Source: Balanoglossus misakiensis
Taxonomy: Eukaryota > Animalia > Hemichordata
Assembly: GCA_040954595.2 (NCBI GenBank)
Contig: CM082591.2
Location: forward strand, 8,112,047 to 8,176,046
DNA length: 64,000 nucleotides
Direction: 5' to 3'
The notes beneath the pieces were generated by a model, which saw only the letters and a program-made list of their open reading frames with translations, was not told the DNA's origin and made no database searches. Both the position numbers and the translations under genes were made by a program. Shown piece after piece: positions 1 through 13,100 of the stretch (positions within the stretch are counted from its first letter, which is position 1; each line of letters starts with the position of its first letter).

Positions 1-799
1 GTGATATCTCTATCTCGTTCTGACATGTATCAATTACACAATCTCGTTTACTCTGGGTGAAGTACCTATATATGTCAATACTGGACTAATATCATACAAG
101 TGAATGACTTCTTACGTAAGATCTATGATCGTTAAAACTCAATCGTGACACTTCCCACTTTTCCAATAATCGAACTTCCACGTTCGATCAAAGGAAGAAT
201 GAAAACGAAAACCAGGTCTGCGCTATCGGTTTTAAATACACTACGTCAAAATCAAACTCAATAATCACCTTTAAAATATCACAGCCTGTTCAAACAAATT
301 AAAGAAAATCGCATAAAACGTTTTCAATGTCAAAATTCAAAACGACTTCACTGTTCTGACTTCTCGTCAAAGAGTGTCTCTTTTCCAGTGCAAAATTCAA
401 CAGTCAATAACCGCGTAAAAAATCAAGTCTGATAGTTCTTGTGTACAAACATAATACACTTCATCATACTGTCACGTTCAAAAATAACCACGACAATGGA
501 AACGAATTCTTATGTGAAAGGATGTGTAAGACTACAATAAAATCACGCTTAACTTCAACTACACTCTGGGACTTCTCTCTTGTCCCTCGTATGAACTCAC
601 ATGCCAACTCAAAGGGCCATTTTCATACGCCAGACCGTCTCCCTTGCGGTCATTAAAACATCACGAAATGTCGCAGCACAAAAAAAAAACACGTCGCCGT
701 TCCCTACATCTGATTTTAATCAGATTGGTTGAAGTATTGAACTGGTTGAACTATTGAATGCACTGATTTATATAAGCGGGGAAAATTGTACTTGTATTA

Positions 800-993
800 T
801 ATATATTTTTGTGTCCTCTACAATTTCGGATATCATGAATTCCCATCAACTATTCCCCGGCCCCGTGTATGCTATGGAGCTACCATGCCCGTACGTCTAA
901 ATCTGGTAGGAACGCGATGTTCTTTTGTTTCCTAAATGGTGTCGTGCGCAAAAGCAATGCCGCGATGACGTCACAACAAGCCCAAGCTTGAAG
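800..993 (+). promoter_or_regulatory. ZNF143 promoter and non-coding exon 1 (donor AAG|GTAAGA at 993/994); perfect CRE TGACGTCA at 966-973
   Basis: CpG-rich region (about 1-1750) in otherwise CpG-poor DNA, with a strong splice donor. The next strong acceptor is at 4094. The TSS itself is not determinable. Confidence 0.6.
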
Positions 994-3425
994 GTAAGAA
1001 AACTGGTCATTTTCGTTTCAGTTTAATAATGCCGAATTGAGGGTCTTCTGTTTCTTCTTAGACAGTGTGTTGAAAGGGTTAACGTGGTCTAAGAGCATAT
1101 CGTATGTAGCTCGAACAAATTAGACGATCAGAAGGCAAGCTAAGGCTGCGAGTTTCGGGGCTTCAATTTATGTAGCTCCCAGAATGCTTGCTTATTTTTG
1201 AGGCCCCGCAGTCTGAATAATAACATGTTTCCGCAAAGGCCTATACGAGGTACATACTAAATTCACGTTGCAGACTACAAGGGCAGGTTTGTGTCCCGGT
1301 GCATGGCGGTCCAGGTTGGTTTCCCAGCGTTCCACTACCCATCTTCCTTTTCAAACGTGCTTGCTTTAGACGAAGTGTTTGTAACATGCGCTAAAGACGA
1401 CATAGTTCTCCGTGTACCCGATAATTTGGCGAGAGTTTGTTTGTGTGTGTTGGGAGACGCCTAAACAATGATCCAAGAGGCTTATGCGTTCTCGTCGAAG
1501 TCTCGACACCTCGCATGGTTCGGAAAATCCCGCGTCGTTTCCCTTTGAAAGCCGTCCTGAAAAATGTATCCGAGTGTCAGGAATATATGTCGTCTGATCA
1601 GAAACTCAGTTCACTGGGTACTGTGTTACATATGCTTCGTGCCTTGCACAAGTTGATTTATACAACTGTAAAACCGATTTACAGTATCGCCATATTGATT
1701 ATTGTTGAATCTGATTGTACTTTGTCGTGACCGGTTGTTCAGTACAATGCTATATGCATACGATTGCATGTCTTGTTCACTGTGCTATAGATAGTCTAGT
1801 ATTTAACTGTGCTAGTACATGTATGATGTAGCAATAGTAGCTCCCAGGTGGCATTTTGATGTTTTTATTCGCCCCACGAACTGATTTTACTTCATTCTTG
1901 ACCCTAAAAATGAAGCCCTGTGCTTCTGAACAGTGATATAAATGGCCCCAGTAGAGCTATGTAACTCCATTTTGCTTCCTGTGCAAAATCTCCACTCATT
2001 GACCCAAGAATTCCTCTGTGCGATCAGAATTGGTGTTTCTAAAATTAAACAACAATTTGAATTCTCCCAGGGAAAATGAGAAAAGTTTGAGTGCAAATTG
2101 TGTGCAATTTCTAAACACTTATTTTGTGATAATCAAATTGTCAGTAAAATTGCAGGTCAAATCAGGTCAAACCATTTTGATGTCTTCTTTGCAATATCTG
2201 TTCAAACTGGGACTCGCTGATCCACTTGTAATCAAATAGATTGAAGGGGGGGGGGGTCTTTCTGCAGACCTCAGCTACATGAAAATATATGGACTGTCAA
2301 GGAGTTTCATGCCAGTTTTAACAACTAGTTCTGAGCCTTGCTGGAAAGCACACATTTATGCCCAAAACTGGATACCCATTTTTTTTACGGCTGGTTTTGA
2401 ACTGATGAACTGTAAATTATTATAGGTATAACTTGGAACACTTGTACCTATGTACTCTTACTGACCGAGGAAAAGGTATACACATTCAATGCACTAATTC
2501 CACTTTTGCTCAATTTTGGTTTCCCCATTGGCATGCTGAAAGATCGATGCATAGACCAGTATCATCACATTATTGGAAACTTGGTTCATGTAGTCCTAGT
2601 ATGTCTCTTTCTATGGTCATTGTGCCCTTGTAGATTGTGGAGTTCGTTTCTGCTGCTGTCTTGTCACTGTCAGCCAATGTATCTGCCTTGAATTGTTAAT
2701 GCTGATGAAAGAAATGAATAAAAAAATGTGTTTAAATTGGTGCATATGTAATACATTACAGTTACACAATATGACAATAGATTATACAGAGTTAGGGGTG
2801 AGCTGTCTGCTAGCGTTAGCTCATTGACAAGTGGTATTTACTCTATTATACTAGCAAATTATTTGGCTTCAACCCTAACCCCCCCCCCCCCCCCCCCCCC
2901 CAGTTCCCGCTTTAGAGGTCCAACTTTACCATAAGAAACAATAGGTTTGGAACGAACCATGGTGATGTAAGGGATAACACTGACTTTTTCCGGTTGGGTA
3001 TTAAAACTGAGGCTGGGTTGTACATGTAGTGAACTTTTTTAGCTACTAGCCAGGGATGGGGGTTGGATCTGAAAAAGGATGTGAGTTTTGGAAGAACTGG
3101 AAGTCTCGGTTTTGATTCAGAGTGAATTCTGAAACAAGGAAAATTTGGAATGAAACAGCCTTCATACAGGAACACTCAATGGCAATCAAAAGAAAATTGT
3201 TGCCTCTGAAAAACATCTTTCCTTTCTCCTGACATTGTGAATCAACCTACATGTATATGTAAGTAAATTCCAAATGTGAGAAATACAATTACATTAAACC
3301 AGAGTGTGGAATATTGCTTGTTTTCGAATTATGTTGGTATAATTAAACTCACCAAATAGAAAAAGCATAATCATAATCACAGTATTTTCCACAGGAATTC
3401 TTGATACATAGTACATGTACTAGTA

Positions 3426-3586
3426 CAGTAAAACTCCAGTTATCCAAACTGACAGGGGGACATTGATTTTGTTCAGATATGCAGACAGTTCGGTTATTCG
3501 GATAACGATCATAAACAATTGTACTGTTTGGGAGACATGACAGCAGTTCGGATAACCAAACAGTTCGGATAATTGGAGTTTTACTG
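3426..3586. mobile_element. TA-flanked MITE (CAGTAAAACTCC TIR)
   Basis: TIR and TA TSD. Confidence 0.7.
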
Positions 3587-4124
3587 TAGTATCACTATTA
3601 GCTTATTTGAATAACAATTATTAATGTTATGATAATGAGTTTCAATTTTAAAGGGTGTAATATGGGCAGAACTCTGAGATCTGCATTATTGACATTATTG
3701 AAAATTGCATTTGTCAACACCATAGCAATGCTTGACAAGCTAAAATCTGAGGATTTTTAAATACTGTAGGGAGGACAAGAAAAAGTAGTTGACACATAAA
3801 CAAAAAAAAAATACAAAAAATAACCAGAATTTGCAGATAGTGGCCCGTCAAATGTAAATGTATGTTATTGGATTAAAAAAAAAGAGACCTTGTCATGTCA
3901 CAATTGAGTTTGCAATTTTACCGCTATTCATAGACCTGTGCTCTATTGTATTTTTGAGACAAATGCTTTTGTATTCTACTGAAGTCATTCTTTGATTTAT
4001 AAAGCTTTCAAACAATTGCAAATTTAGATTTACAACAAAAAGTGGTTGTTATGTATTTGTGTGAATAGTAATACACTTTTTTTTACATATTTAGGTTTAA
4101 ATTTGATGAATTATCTTGGTAACT

Positions 4125-7100
4125 ATGGACACCACTACAACAGATGGACAACACAAAAGTTTGGACACAACAAGTATGAGCACCAATGAGCAAGAAGTGA
4201 TAGGAATGTTGTTGGCGCAGTCAAACTCGGACATTCATAGTGTACATGTAAGTCTGTAATGTGAATTTTTTTCAGAAATTGCCAATCTCCCTAAAAGACA
4301 TATGTCACCAATGATTAGCCTAGAATCCAGACTCTTGGTTTTTTTTTGCTTAGTTCGCTCCACACAGTCTAGCATTTCGGTCTTCATTTTTGAAATTTTG
4401 CTGTTTGCATGTCAAAGAACTCTAACCATGGCAACTCAGGTCACTGATATTGAGCAACACCCCTGCTCATTAATTCAGCCAATCAGTCGTAGATCAGGTT
4501 ATCTTCTACAGTCAAACCTGTGTTAGTGACCACCTCTATATAGTGACCACTTAGTTACAGTCCCTGTGCAATTTACACGTGTATAAATTAACCTGTCTAT
4601 AAAGACCACCTGTCTATAAAGGCCAGTTTGGTAAAGTCCCTTGACTGGCCACTATAGACAGGTTTGACTGTAATAGGTCATGATCATAATGGTGGGCAGT
4701 GACCTGAGTTGCCATGGTGTGACAGGTTTTGCACCCCCGAGACGAGTACATCAGATTTGGTGTGTTTCAGTCTGTATTGGTGAAGGATGTCACCAATGGT
4801 CGCAGGTTTCAGTGGTTCCTTTAACGCAAAATCCTGCGTATTTTACGCCTTTCTGACCATTATGCAAAGACAATGATGGACGCGTACACCAGGACGCATT
4901 GACATTAGCCACTAGAGATAAGGAAATTGTATTGAGCAAGGCTCACAAGCTAAAAATAACTGGACGCGCATGTAACTTTACAACATTAACGCACAGAAAT
5001 GTTGCAATTTTCACTCAGGCAACATTAAAGATTAAACTTTGCAACACTGTATGGTGGTGTTCTGTTACAGGCTTTCAACTTCCTATGCAATTTTGATACA
5101 TTTTTTCAAAGTAAATTCTGAATGCGTATTGAAGTACGCATAGAAAAAAATCTAACGGAACCTCTAGGTTTATGAAAGGCCATGATAGGTGGTTGGGGCA
5201 TCAAGTTGTATACATCATTACATGTATACAAGTGTTCTTCCCAGGAATCCCTGAAAGATTTAGTGATAATTGTTGTGTTAATCAACTTCTATTGTTTTCT
5301 CAAAATTAGAGAGTAGTGGCCCCTATGCTTTAATTGCTCTGGGGAGAACACTGTATATATAGTAGGGAGAGAGGGAAAGAGGGAGGGAGGGAGAGAGAGA
5401 CGTTATTAGAATTTGAAGTTTAAATTGAGGTATGTTTCTTAGAATAACAAACAAACATTTACAATATTTTTGTTTTTGTATGGCTTTAAAACAAATATGT
5501 TTCTCTCTAACAGGGGACAGATAGTGATGGCCAAGCAGTAGCAGTTTCTATAGCAACAGGTCTGTCAGCTGATGGAAAGTTACAAGTTGTTGAAGGTCAA
5601 AGTTTACAAGCAGTTACACTGCCAGACGGCACAACAGCGTACATCCAGCATAAAGGTAAATGAATTATGCTCTAGGGATCTAAAGGAAAGACTGCTTCAT
5701 TTGAAAGATAGCTTATAATTTGTCAAGAAAGCGTCAAGAAGAATACTTTTGTGAACCCTTTCACCACAATGGTTCAGTCCAAACCCATTGTTTTTTATGG
5801 TAAGGTTAAACCTCTAAGGAGGGAACTGGGGAGGGAAGGGTTAATTCAAAGATATCAGATTTGAGAGAGGTGTAATAGCCTTGTATCTGCTGGGCCACTC
5901 TCTATGGACCGTCTCTGAAGATATGGCTGTGAAATAAACAAAACTGATGGTGATTTAACCCTTTCACCACAATGGTTCAGTCCAATCCTACTGTTTTCTA
6001 TGGTAAGGTTGGACCTCTAAAGAGGGAACTGGGGGTGAAGGGGTTAATTCAAAGATATCAGATTTGACAGAGGTGTAATAGCCCTGTATCTGCTGGGCCA
6101 CTCTCTATGGACCATCTCTGAAGATATGGCTGTGAAATAAACAAAACTGATGGTGATTTAACCCTTTCACCACCATGGTTCAGTCCAATCCCACTGTTTT
6201 CTATGGTATTAAAGGTTGGATTTCTAAAGAGGGAACTGGGGGTGGGGGGTTGAAAGCCCTAAAGCAGCTGAGCCACACCGTGGACTGATAGTAATTTAAC
6301 CCTTTCACCACCATGTTTCATTCCAAACCCATTCTATTGTTGACTTGTGGTCTTTTGTGTTCAACAGCATATAAGCAGATGATGCTGAAAATTCCAATGC
6401 AGCAATACATGTAGTATATACAATATACTATCAGTTATGTGATAACCAAACATTGGCCTCTTATCATTTTCAGACGGCAGTTTAGTGGAAGGCCAAGCTG
6501 TGCAATTAGAAGATGGTACTACAGCTTACATTCAACATATTGCAGAAAAAGGTGTGTGTATAATTCTTTACACCTGTAGACTCACTCACAGCCCATCCTC
6601 TGCTATGATTCTGTTGGTCTATTAGATAGTACATATACACTGATTCGCCCTCAACAGTTTGGCTATACACGGCACCTTGTTGCATATTGGCCATTCCCGG
6701 ACTTTGCCAGCTCACCAGGTGTGCCAAGCAAAGCTGAGGGTTGAGGGCGCACATTCAATGAGAGGATAAGTTTGTGAAGGCAGCAAGTGTTGGCCCCTAC
6801 CCGGCCTCAGTGTCTAGCACTTTAACCCTTTCACCACCATGGTTTGATCCAAATCCACTGTTCACTATAGTAAGGTTGGACCTCTAAAGAGGGAAATGGG
6901 GGTGGGAGGGTTCAGCTAGGCTACGCAGCCTGTATACAGAGACTCACAAAGGTAATTGGTCAGGACTTCAGCAGAACATCAAAATCATGATTTTAACCTA
7001 TCTTGGTACTAAACCACAAATTTTGCCAAATTCTCAGAAGGAGAAACTGCGTTTGAAGAAGGTCAGACCGTACAGTTAGAAGATGGTACTACAGCATATA

Positions 7101-10100
7101 TACAGAGAGCTACTCGAGGTAAGAATTATACACTGAAATCCTTAATAGGGATTGTCTGTGTTTTGTATCTCTTCTTTATGTATGGATAGATAGTTGCTTA
7201 TATCAAACTGATTGCTGTATGTGAGTTAATACATACCTCTATCTTCCAGGAATAATTTCAATAAATTGACAGACAAATCTGACTTTGTTACATTTTACCT
7301 GGATCAACTACCACAACAGTTCAGATTTCATCATTGATTGTCAAACCTGTCCTTTCATATTTTGTAGATATGCATGTAAATGCCTATATAGAAGTCTGAA
7401 TTGGGCTGCAATAAGCAATCTGTCGAACATGTTTCAGTAAAATCAATGCAACATCCCATTGAGTCAAGCAAATTAATATATGTAGGACAGGTATTGCAGT
7501 GTGTGTGTTTAGCTCTGCTGCTGCGCTTATGGCTGCACGTCACATATGAGCTGTTGGTTGCTCATTGGGTAGTTGAATAGAATTAATTTAGGTCCAATAA
7601 CCAGGGGTATTAATTGTAAAGTGCCTTGAACACAATTGTGGATGCATGCACCATTATTGTTATTATTATTATTGATGATTGTTCCTGTTGTCCCCATTAC
7701 AGCTGATGGACAGACATTACAAGCCGTCCAATTGGAAGACGGCACAACAGCATATATCCAGACACAGGCACCAGGAGAAGGATTTGGAGACCAAGCACAT
7801 ACTGGTGAGAATGACAGGAATTTTAGACAAATCTGAGTCATTGTGGACTTAGGCAGAGTTCTTCTACACTTAATAGTATGTTTGAGTTCAAATATCTGAA
7901 TTTAATAGACAGGAGCAGATCAAATAGGAACTGCTATCAAATTTTCTCAGACAAGGTCAAAATAGCGCCCCAAAGTGATAATTTTTGACAAATTCATGCC
8001 AAAGTTTACAGTCACCACACCTTGCACTACTCCGCTGTGTACAACAAAATAACACCATATTCTCTCACACCATTTGGAATTTTCCATGATTAATTCTATC
8101 GAGCATCGATTCAGGTCTCAAAATATCAGGCAGTGCATTACGTTTTTTCACAGACTATCTACGTTTTCAACGAACTAGGAAGTGAATTGTAGGTCTGGTT
8201 CCAACTACTCGATTGGCTATCTTACTGATGATGTCAGAGGCGTATCTTACTGATGATGTCAGAGGCGTATTGCAATTAAAATCAGATGTATATTTAGGCG
8301 CTGTCTTTCCCTTTGTTGATTCTGGGCTGTTCTATTGGGAAGTGGCCAGTGGCATGTAGGCCTGAGAACAGCCAAGAATCAGCAAAGGGAAAGACAGCAA
8401 CTAACTCTACATCTGATTTTAATCAGGTTGATTGCAATGTATTCTCAGTAAAAATGAAAATTTTGCACATGAGAAATACAGACAATTACGGCATTTTCCG
8501 AGAATGAAGGAAAGAGCAAAAGAAAGAAAGAACGCAAGCGAGCGAACAATAACATGAGTTCCAGAGCAAGTCTCTGGAACTATGACTAACATTATTCTGT
8601 GTGTGTCAGTGTGGTCCAAAATTGACATAAGCATCTCTGAATGAATGATTCTTGCAGATGGACAGTTTGAAAATGCTGATGATTCTGTGGATCCCAATTC
8701 CATCAGTGCTTTAGAACATTATGCTCAACAGGTAAGCCTTAGAATATTTAGAAAAATAAGAGGGGATGTAATGTGAATAATTATGTTATACCACTGTCCA
8801 GTATATTGATGGTGTAAATCACGCTATTTTATTGGTCGAGACACGACACGTGACCGTGATATATTAGCCATATACCACAGTCATATATCATAGTCAAAGA
8901 AAATGCCTTTTTGAAATGTTTTATGCAAAGTTTCAATATACTGGTATAATATAATAGCAATAAAACACCCCCAGCCATGGTATACCACTCGTGGGCCTTT
9001 AACTCCTGTCCTTCAATGCACATGGGCAAATTTGGAGGAACCCATTCATTATATGCACTTCAGAAGCAATTGTTAATAATTGTCTGTACTTTTCACCAGG
9101 CATCAAGTGAATCAGCAGCTGCAGATGGAAGTCTATCAGACGCTACACAATCTGACCTGGAGAAAAAAGGCATGGCAAATCTGACAGTCAAATCAGTCAA
9201 GGTGTGTTACATTTGTGTTTGATGTTACACACTTCATGGTTAAGTGTACATGTACATTCAAACCTGTGTGATTGGCTACCTCTATATGTAGTGGCCACTT
9301 TGTTACAGTCCCTGTGCAATTGAAATGCAAATTAATTGACCTGTCTATAAAGACCACCTCGTCAGTTTAGGAAAGTCCCTTGACTGGCCACTATTGACAG
9401 GTTTGACTGTAGCAGGAAAAGCTTCAATTTCACACCATTACTAGACACTACATGAAAGTCCAGTGCTTATTATCATCAAACCAACGCCCCTTAAAATGAA
9501 GTCACTTGCACGTTGGAGATATTAGTCTCCCTTACAACCCATCAATGGCAATAAATTATGATCATTGTTCATAACATCAATAACATTGCAAACCTGTATA
9601 TTATTGTTTGACAGGGTGTGTCGCCTGGAAGTATCCCAAGTAATTTACTCAAAGCTGCCACAGATATGACCAATAAAGCCTTTCGTTGTACACATGATGG
9701 TTGTGGAAGAATGTATACAACTGCACATCATCTGAAGGTAATCCAAGCTGCATTAATAGCTGAAACTTTTGCTATGTTTTCAGTATTTTTGTTGTGTGTA
9801 TCTATTGTAGTTTCTTGTTCAAATTCTTGAAACATGATCAAATACCCAGCATTTAGCTTATCAACACAACCTTTGTGTGTGTACACTCAGCATTGGTATT
9901 GTGCAAAATATGAATTCAAGTACGGACTAGAATTCATTTGTCAACAATAACAATGACTGTTACACACACATACAGGCCTTGTTGACAAGCAGAGTACTAT
10001 GGGTATATTAGCATGCTGTTTGGAGTAGAGCAAGAAATTGCATTTGGAACACAGAACAAAAATACTGGACATAAGTCAAGTTACAGCTAATGTCCCTTGA

Positions 10101-13100
10101 ACTTACATGTACCACCATACCGTAACCAAGGACGAACAAACTCTATTACTGATCCATGACATATAAACCCAACAATGTATGACCTATTGAGTATCACTGA
10201 TTTCTATGCAAGTACATGCAGCCTGGCAAGAGTCATGAGTTGAAAATGCCCTACCTATTGGATAATGGTTGCTGCCAAATGATTTAAACCAAAGTGCTAA
10301 GCTTGGCACTTGCCCCCTCCCTGAAATTAAAATTCATCAAGTAGATGAAGCCTGGAATGCATTTCTGACATGATTTTTGCCACTATATTATTACAGACCC
10401 TGCGACAACTATGAGGTATCTTTGTTGACACAGACCTGTAACACAGAGTTGTGTCTGGGTCCAATCAGATGTAGGGTACGGGGATTTCTTTTACTTCGCG
10501 ATACGGTATTTTTATACTGTCGCCTCACACTACATCTGACCAACTCCCATAGAAGCTCCCGTTCAACCTCCCGTTACGGCTAGGCCAATCAGATTGCAAG
10601 TTATGTCGATCTACCCTGAAGGGGATACCTATCGTTCTCTATAAGGTGCTTTCTGATTGGTTTACTGGCACAGTAAAGCCTGAGATTTTGAAAAGGAGCT
10701 TCTATGGGAGTTGGTCAGATGTAGTGGGAGTTGACAGCATAAGAAAACCGTACCGAGAAGTAAAAGACATCGCCAGACCCTACATCTGATTTTAATCAGA
10801 TTGGTCTGGGCCAGAACAGGTGCAAGTTTTTTGCGCTGTAAATGGTTGCTTGGTTGTTTGCATTTCATTGGTTTAATATTGTTATTGTTATTTTTTGGAT
10901 CAGGTTCATGAAAGAGCTCATACTGGAGATAGACCCTATAAATGTGAACATCCAGGATGTGGTAAAGCTTTTGCAACAGGATATGGTTTGAAAAGTCATA
11001 CAAGAGTTCATACGGGCGAAAAACCTTATAAATGTCCAGAGGAAAGTTGTCAGAAAGCATTTAAAACATCAGGAGATTTACAGAAACATGTCAGAACACA
11101 TACAGGTAAGAGTTTCTACTATGTCTGTATGGTTGGATTTGATTTGATTTGTAGTTTAGAAAACAGACTTGAGTGACACAGATGTGTACCACAGACTTGT
11201 TTCTGGGCTCAATCTGATTAAAATCAGATCAGGGTATGACGACATCTTTTACTTACCCGGTATGGTATTCTTTTGCTGTCTGACCAACTCTCAACATATG
11301 CAGTCTAATTAGAACAATTAGATTCAAGGCTAGACTGTGTGGGAAATGAGTATAGTGCAAAAAACACACAAGTGTTGTTTAAATATTATCCTTTCCCCAT
11401 CTATCTTTAATCTAGAATCGAGAATTGTGTGTGTGTTCGCTATGCTCCACACACGGTCTAGCATTTTTGTCTTCAATTTTGAGTTTTTGCTATTTGCGTG
11501 TCAAAGGACTCGAACCATGGCAACTCTGGTCACTGCTCACCATGTGATCATGATCATGACCTCGTAGAAGTCAATAACCTGATCTTCGACTGATTGGCTG
11601 AATTAATGAGCAAGGGTGTTGCTCAATATCAGTGACCTGAGTTGCCATGGTTGGAGTCCTTTGAAATGGAAATAGCAAAATTTCCAAAAATGAGATGACA
11701 AGGCTAGACTGTGTGTGAAGTGAGCATAGCAAAAAAACACAAGTCACTCAGTCTAACATAGCGGTAACTGTGACTACTACACACCTACTCGCGTAACATA
11801 TGATGTTCTATTATACAATACGTTGCCTTATTTGTATTGTACAGGCACGTACACTTGTGATCGTTTGTAATGTCACTGATGCCCTGTTGTATTTTTAGTT
11901 GCATGGAAATTTTTCAAGATTGCGTAGCAATGTTAATTCAGCCGCTCACATTTCCATTTATATCGTGGTATGTCTATTCAACCAGCAAAAATACCCTCAA
12001 ATAGTGTTTAATTTGGAAAGATGTCTAATAATAGGCTTTTACAGCTCATCCAATATTTATATAAACCCAATGAGGCCTCATTTATACAGTGCCATAGTTT
12101 GTGTATAACCCTTTAAAATTTTATCAGTAGTGTAATTTCATTCCGTGTTTCAAAAGTTTGTCTAGCTCATTTTAGTGTGGTGATCTGCCAGGTACCCAGT
12201 TTTGTCAAAACAGCCAATCTACATCATGTGAACAGTCAACTGCAGTGTGGACTAAAATTCAGTCATCAGTTACCATGTACATTTTACATATATACATGTT
12301 CTACTCATAAAGAATTTGCTCAGCTGTAGAAATCAGCATTGTCATTGTTTTGGACTTGTATTTATTTGTCAACAATAACAATGGCAGTTATACACATACA
12401 GGCTATATTGACAAGTTGAGTGCTGGGTATATTAGCATGCTGTTTGGATTAGAGCAAGAAATTTCATTTCATCTAAGAACAAAAATGCTTGAATTAAAGC
12501 TATTATTTACAGCCAAGAGATAAGTTAATGTTCATTCAATATTTTGGCAGGAGAAAGACCTTTTAAATGTCCCTTTGATGGATGTGATCGAGCCTTTACA
12601 ACATCGAATATCCGAAAAGTTCACATACGAACCCATACTGGGGAACGACCATACATTTGTCAAGAAGAAACGTGTGGAAGAGCATTTGCTAGTGCTACTA
12701 ACTACAAAAATCATATGAGAATACATACAGGTATGACCTTTGGTTTCTTTTCACTGTTTTTACCCCTTGTTGCTAAATTAGCATGATTTCTGGTTGTAAT
12801 TTAGGCACGGACGTCGAGTAGTCTTGGCAACATCCTTCATAACTATGCCTGTGCGTTTTTCCTTCTGTATGATGATGAAGTTCTTTTGCCCAGATGTTGC
12901 CCTACAACTTGGAGTATGTGTGTTGAAAATGCGATTTTGAATGCTGCAAGTGTATTAAACATCAAGTCAAAAATGGGAAGTCATGAGTTGCAGCTCATGG
13001 GGCTTTAACGAGTATGAGGATTGTTGGTGTAATCGAGAGCACAGCATTTATTTGGAACAGTTTCGTCATTTAGCAATAATACACAATGTTATTGTTAAGG

